From assembly GCF_009914755.1 (NCBI RefSeq), contig NC_060934.1: a stretch of DNA of 64,000 nt; one strand, written 5' to 3'. The first letter of the stretch is position 1, and every line of letters starts with the position of its first letter. Position numbers and translations under genes: made by a program. Source of the DNA: the human T2T-CHM13v2.0 reference genome, Homo sapiens. The notes beneath the pieces are model-generated. The model ran no database searches. It was not told where the DNA came from and was given only the letters and a program-made list of their open reading frames with translations. Below are positions 55,121 through 64,000 of the stretch, one piece after another.

Positions 55121-55749
55121 GGTTCAAATTTCGTTTCTAAAGGCTGAAAAAAAGGGGTTACTGGGTTTGACAATAAAAATATCATTTGTGAGTTTTATAA
55201 TAGCAATCTCAACGGAGGTGTTGATATAAAAATCAGATTTTAATGGAGTGAAAAATTCAAGGAAGAGAGGGCTCTAAGAGGTTTGGTAATAAAGGCATGG
55301 CCCAAGATTAGATTGGGAATTAGCAGGATTAAATCCTTTTTCCATAATTTTCCAGCTGTCCAACTACACTTGGATTCAGTTTCTAAATCTGTAAAACAGT
55401 TTTAATAATCCCTGTCTCAGAGAGGTTTTTGAGGATGAAATGAGAGGACAGTTGTGATTGTGTTATAAAACCCAAGCAAGTAGGAATGAGTATAAATTAT
55501 GGATTTTCCAGCCATTCTGAAATCTTCCTGAGGATACAAAGCAGAATCGCAGAGAGCTGGAACACACAGTTCCACCTCCTCACAGAACTGCTGTTACTGC
55601 AATGGGCTTCCGGTGATGATCTACCTAACAGTATGGGAAGCAGTTCTGTAAAACACTGGTTCATCTGCTGAAAACATATCAGAGATGTTGTTTATTACAT
55701 GACGCAGCCTCATCTCAAAGGTGATGGCTGGGAGCATCCCCTCTGGTCT

Positions 55750-56538
55750 TGTGTGGACGAAAACAGTCAAACTCTGTAGAATATCTGAAGATATTTATTC
55801 TGAGCCAAATATGAATGACCATGGCCCGTGACACAGCCTTCAGGAGGTGCTGAGAACATATGCCCAGGGTGGTCAGGGTGCAGCTCGGTTTTATACATTC
55901 TAGGGAGGCATGAGACATCAATCAAATACATTTGAGAAATACACTGGTTTGGTGGAGAAAGGTGGGACAATTCGAAAGGAATGGGGATGGGGGCTTTCAG
56001 GCTACAAATAAACTTAAACATTTCCTGGCTGCCAATTGGTTGAGTTTGTCTAAAGACCTGGGATCAATAGAAAGGAAATATTCAGGTTCAGATAAAAGAT
56101 TGTGGAGACTGAGGTTCTTTTGAAGTCTCATAGTGGCTGCCCTTAGAGACAACAGATGACAACTGTTTCCTATTCAGACCTTTAGAAGGTGCTAGACTCT
56201 CAGTTAATCTCCTCAGGATTGGGAGGGCCTGGAAGAAAAAGATCTAGCTATGTTAACAGAGATTCTTTAGAGATGTAAATTTCCCCCCCACCCCCCAGAA
56301 AGGACAGTTTTACAGGGCCATTTCAAAATACGCAAAGAACCATGTTTTGGGGTAAAATATTTTGATTTTCTTCTTTGCCACATAATGTTATGCCAGATTC
56401 AGAAAGGAAAGTAAGTAGCAATATGTAGGGTTAAATAAAACCCATCTGACGAGAATTTATGGCTTGTAGGGCATGACTCCCCAGACCCCTTAGATAAGAA
56501 TTGGTGCAAGATAAGAAAAAATCAGAGCTTAGTCCTCA
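55750..56538 (-). mobile_element. MER4E-like ERV1 solo LTR
   Basis: Minus strand begins TGAGGACTAAGCTCTGATTTTT; TSD GTCT/GTCT. Confidence 0.9.
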
Positions 56539-56835
56539 GTCTGAATATAAGGAATAATTGTGCTTCTCCTGAACAATTGGCCTGCTTTTATCTTGTGACT
56601 GACTAACCGAGTTTCCCTTTTGCAATGGTTGCTAGAAAGCTTAGAGTCAACCATGTGGTCCACCCATTGTATGTACACAAGATGCCATGGGATGCTTTTT
56701 TTGTACTGGATTCTTCTCCAGTCCTCCTTAATGTTCCTACTTCTACTATTCTCATATTTTAAACCTGTGCCACACTATTTTATATATGCATTCTTACAAA
56801 CAGTCTTAAATGTTTTCTGTTATAAGGGATAATAT

Positions 56836-57681
56836 TGAAACCCCCTTTGGAAAATTATGACAGACAGTGAAAGCTTATCTAAAGAGATAAGCAAGACTCC
56901 GTCTTGTTCTAACCTCCAAGCTATCCTTGTTCATTCCTGGGGGTAGGCTGAACTAACTTTGGGAGAAACTTAGTTTATAGTTTAAGTAAAGATGGTAACA
57001 GCCCTTTCCCAAGCAGACCTCCTTTTTGCTTGGGGACTAGATTGCCTTCGTAGGACTAACATTAGCCACAAGATTAGAAATTACGGTTTAGGAGTCATGC
57101 AGCTGGAGGCTACAAGATTCTGACCCTCCCTAAACTGCTCCTAAGATCAGTGCTTGAGATATTTTGCATACCCTGCACTTGATGGATCGTCTGACACTAC
57201 CCAAATCAATAAACTTGCTCATCTGCTCTTATGGCCCCCACCCAGTAACTGACTCAGTGCAAGAAGACAGCTGACTCACGGCCATTTCATCTCTGACCAA
57301 TCAGCACCCTTGGCTCACTGGCTTACCGATTTCATCTCTGACCAATCAGCACTACTTGCCCACTGCCTAGACAGAGCTGATAAATCAAGACAGGGGAACT
57401 GCAATAGAGAAAGAGTAATTCACACAGAGCCGGCTGTGTGGGAGACCAGGGTTTTGTTATTACTCAAATCAGTCTCCCCGAACATTCGGGGAGCAAAGTT
57501 TTTAAAAATAACTTGGTGGGTGGGGGGTAAGCCAGTGAGCCAGGAGTGCTGATTGGTCAGAGATGAAATTGGTAAGCCAGTGATCCAGGAGTGCTGATTG
57601 GTCAGAGATGAAATCGGTAAGCCAGTGAGCCAGGAGTGCTGATTGGTCAGCACCCTTGGTAACCACCCTTGGGTGGTTACA
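56836..57681 (+). mobile_element. LTR8 solo LTR with an internal inversion (~57355-57650) and repeat amplification
   Basis: TGAAACCCCCTTTGGAAAATTATGAC...GGGTGGTTACA; TSD ATAT/ATAT; the 3' third reads on the minus strand. Confidence 0.9.
57284..57650. repeat. 45-bp CCAAT-containing unit: two forward copies (57284, 57329 partial) and three inverted copies (57526, 57571, 57616 partial)
   Basis: Unit ATTTCATCTCTGACCAATCAGCACTCCTGGCTCACTGGCTTACCG. Confidence 0.93.
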
Positions 57682-57834
57682 ATATAAATAATTGTTCTAG
57701 GCATGGTGTCCTGCTAATTTTCCATCCTCTATTTGATTTTTATGTATGTATCAATACATCTCCAGTCTTCCTATACACTCCATGAAACTGAAACTGTCAT
57801 GCCCTTGGGTACCTTCCTTAACATCAGAGCTCAT

Positions 57835-58050
57835 GACAACAGCTAACACAACCTTCTCTAGGGGCAGATAGGAATGCTTTATGTGTGTAGATGTTTATGG
57901 ATTCATTGAATCACAACAATCTTTTTATGTCTACTTCACAGATAAGAAAACTAAGGCACATCAAGGTTCAGTACCTTCAAAGCCACGTAAATAGTAAGGA
58001 ATGGATCTAAGATTAAAAACCCAGTCGCCTAGCGCCAGAGTCTGTTCCAC
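57835..58050 (-). mobile_element. MIR
   Basis: TCACAACAATC..CACAGATAAGAAAACTAAGGCACA. Confidence 0.7.
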
Positions 58051-58274
58051 CAGATGTACCACCTCTCTACAAACTCATGGAAACTCTGGGATACAAATGC
58101 TTCAGTATTTTGGCTTGCATGCTTTGTAAGATATTAACAAGAAGGGCTGGGAAGCCTTCCTTGTTAATATAATATCTTGCAAGTTCTGGGATGAGGTAGA
58201 ATTGTATGTTCTAGCTCTCTGCGATCCTGCTTTTTATCCCGAGGAAGATTTTAGAATGGCTGGAAAACTCATAA

Positions 58275-58611
<337 letters not shown>

Positions 58612-58781
58612 AGCATGGGTTTTAAAAGTCAATCACAACTGTCCTCTCAGTTCATCCTCAAACACCTCTCTGAGTCAGGGGCTATTAAACCTGTTTTACA
58701 GATTAAGACATGAAATGTAACAGTAGCTGGACAGCTAGAAATTGGTCTTCACGAAATAAATTACATAAAATTTCTTTCATG

Positions 58782-59471
58782 TGTGAACCCTGAAAATCTG
58801 AGCCAGGTCTCAGTTAATTTAGAAAGTTTGTTTTGCCAAGCTTGAGGACATGTGCCTGTGACACAGCCTCAGGAGATCCTCACGACATGTGCCCAAGGTG
58901 GTCAGGGCACAGCTTACTTTTATACATTCTAGGGAGCCATGAGATAGCAATCAATACATGTAAGATGTACACTGGTCCTGGCTAACATGATGAAACCCCA
59001 TCTCTACTAAAAATATATAAAAAATTAGCCGGGTATGGTGGCGGGTGCCTGTAGTCCTAGCTACTGGGGAGGCTGAGGCAGGAGAATGGCGTGAACCTGG
59101 AAGGCGGAGCTTGCAGTGAGCCAAGATCAGGGGCCACTGCACTCCAGCCTGGGCGACAGAATGAGACTCTGTCTAATAAATAAATAAATAAAAGACATAC
59201 ACTGGTTCTGTCCTGAAAGGCAGGACAACTGAAGTAAGGAGAAGGCTTCTAGGTCACAGGTAGATGAGAGACAAATGGTTACATCCTTTTGAGTTTCTGA
59301 TCAGCTTTTCCCAAGGGAGGCAATCAGATATGCATTTATCTCGGTGAGCAGAGGGATGACTTTGAATAGAGTGGGAGGCAGGTTGTCCCTAAGCAATTCT
59401 CAGCTTGACTTTCCTCTTTAGCTTAGTGATTTTGCAGCCCCAAGATTTCCGAGATTTATTTATTTTTCACA
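58782..59471 (-). mobile_element. MER4A1-like ERV1 solo LTR with an Alu insertion
   Basis: TGTGAACCCTGAAAATCTGAG..TTTCACA; TSD CATG/CATG. Confidence 0.92.
58976..59193 (+). mobile_element. 5'-truncated AluY
   Basis: TSD AAGA(TG/CA)TACACTGGT. Confidence 0.93.
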
Positions 59472-60129
59472 CATGTAATAGGATTGGCAAAATATAGCTA
59501 AAAATAGTATGTCTAAGTAGAAGTCTTAATGAATACAGATCTCTTTGTTAAATAAGAAGTAATTTTTAATTAGATTAACCTGCCTCTCTTGGTTTCAAAC
59601 AGTCCTAATCTTCCTAGAGTGCTAATTGTTTATATCCTACAAGGATCTTATGTTTAGTGTTTTTAACTTTTTGGAAGTAGCTGGATGAAATAGATATGGA
59701 CCTAGGAGAAAAGCAATACCATATAAACACGTCACATCAAAACATCCTACTATTGATCAACTTATTAGCATAAAAATGGTCCAATGGGCATCAGAATATT
59801 GAAAAAACAAGGAGATGATGTTGCTGATTCAGGAACTTCTCACTTCTTATTCTTTATTTCTCCTTGGAAGGTAGTTAATGAGATTATAGTTTTAATCCTG
59901 GGCATGCTTGGCCACTCTATCTTTAGTATAGGCTTATGGATATTAAGAACGTTCTTGCTTAATAATTACGATATGAAGCTAATGCTGTTTCCTTCTCTTC
60001 GATATCCTGCTCATTCCTCAACAGTCAGGGCCCAGGCAATGTCCTACCCCCTCCACAGAATAGCTCCTCCATTCCTGCCCACTTGAACCCACGTTGACAC
60101 AACTTCCTTCTAAATCCCTGCAACATTCT

Positions 60130-60345
60130 CTTTGGCATGTATGGACACATTCAATACTTACCAGTTGATGCTGTCAATCATACATCAATGTCATATATAT
60201 ATATCAGTCATTAGATATAAGTTCCATCCAGACAGGAACCGAGTCTCTTTACATTACCAAGTCCACATCACCATGTACAATGATAGGGCACTATAAATGT
60301 TTGTTGAATTAATAAGTTCAGGAAAGAATGAGTGAACGAATGAGT
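60130..60345 (+). mobile_element. L2 3' end
   Basis: TAGATATAAGTTCCAT..ATAAATGTTTGTTGAAT..GAATGA. Confidence 0.55.
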
Positions 60346-60395
60346 GGGAAGTGAGTTGGAAGACCTCTGCAACTGACCAACTCTGCCCTTGCTTA

Positions 60396-60750
60396 GGGTA
60401 ATGTTTCTCTAAAAGAGGTCTTTGAATCTTCTGCATCAGAATCATCTGAAATGATTGAGATGCAAAATCCTGGGCTCCATCCCCAGTTCCTTTCATTAGA
60501 ATATCTGGAGTTGAGCCTAGGAATTTGCAGCTTAACAAGCACCCTAGGTGATTTTTTTTTTTTAGACAGGGTCTCATTCCCATCACCCAAACTGGAGTAC
60601 AATGGTACGATCTTGGCCCACTGCACCCTTGCCCTCCCGGGCTCAGGTGATTCTCCCACCTCAGCCTCTGAGTAGCTGGGACCACAGGTATGCACCACCA
60701 CGCTCAGCTAATCAGGTGATTCTTTAGCCCACAAATTTGAGAGCCACTGG
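60396..60750. mobile_element. MER5A with an inserted reverse Alu monomer (60552-60712)
   Basis: GCATCAGAATCATCTG..AGAATATCTGG..TAACAAGCACCC..TTTGAGAGCCACTG; TSD AGGTGATT. Confidence 0.75.
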
Positions 60751-60987
60751 TTTACCAGGGTATGTTTTAGCAGATATTTTTTGACTGCTTCATTGGAATA
60801 ATCTGAATTACACACCACACCTCTCCAAAGATTTTATAATTAAGCTCAAACTTGTAACAGTTTGTAATATTCTTTTGTAAGAAATCAATTTTCCTGGAAG
60901 AAAGAGATGTTTAGTTTTGGGCACCAGTGTTGTGAGATCACTGGAATTAAGGCAAACAGCAAAACCCATAGTATTTGTATACCATGA

Positions 60988-61389
60988 TGAGACAGCCAAA
61001 TGCCTAGGCAGATAAAACAGTGTCCCCAGAGAACCTCCGACCCACCCCACAAGTGTTGACATCAGATGCTTTTGTGCAGATGAGGGAACCTGCCCAGGGC
61101 CTCGTCTGAGCCTGCCCACACGTGCACTGGGGGAACGGGGTGGAGCCACAGGCAGCGGGAGGAGCCTGGCTCTTCAGTTCTTGTGTGGTGACCTGGGATT
61201 CAATCTGTGAGGTGGGGGACTTGTTAGCAGGAAGCCACCTCACTTTGCTGAGTTTTTTTGTTTTTTTCCCTTTTCGCCCAATAAAACCCTCCTCTGCCCA
61301 CCCTTCAATGTGTCTACATATAATTCTCCTGGTCTTCTGACAAGCTAGAGCCCAGTTTTAGCTGAACTAAGGAGCAAAATTCTGCAACA
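60988..61389 (+). mobile_element. MER61-like ERV1 5' LTR
   Basis: TGAGACAGCCAA..GGGGTGGAGCC..CCTGGGATTCAATCTGTGAGG..AATAAAA..CTGCAACA. Confidence 0.8.

Positions 61390-64000
<2,611 letters not shown>

Noticed and set aside
57284-57650. Regularly spaced 45-bp repeats (CRISPR-like?) and the repetitive ORF 57420-57704
   Set aside because: Units are head-to-tail with no unique spacers, lie inside an LTR8 in primate DNA, and there are no cas genes; the 15-aa peptide repeat just reflects the 45-bp period

Overview
Primate (human-like) genomic DNA, repeat-dense, with no intact host protein-coding gene, tRNA/rRNA gene or CRISPR array that I can support. Contents: about 43 Alu copies (J, S and Y lineages plus monomers); a near-full-length L1PA5-like LINE-1 (23.6-28.9 kb) carrying an apparent 3' transduction; several older L1 fragments; a decayed ERVL gag-pol segment at the left edge; a complete two-LTR MLT1 (MaLR) element; THE1, MLT1, MER4-group, LTR8 and MER61 LTRs, with an ERV1 internal region running off the right edge; DNA-transposon relics (MADE1, Tigger-like, DNA1_Mam-like, MER5A, MER103C-like); MIR/L2 pieces; and an RPL5 processed pseudogene (51851-53046, minus strand). 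Almost all ORFs in the supplied track are repeat-derived. I see no evidence of a new multi-gene system. The most notable signals are: an internally inverted LTR8 carrying five copies of a CCAAT-box unit; the L1 3' transduction; a tandem CACGTG pair with a 6-bp spacer plus a third E-box in unique DNA; an enlarged MADE1 hairpin; repeated reuse of the same retrotransposon target sites; and several fold-back/template-switch scars. Repeat subfamily names come from recalled consensus features and need RepeatMasker/Dfam confirmation.
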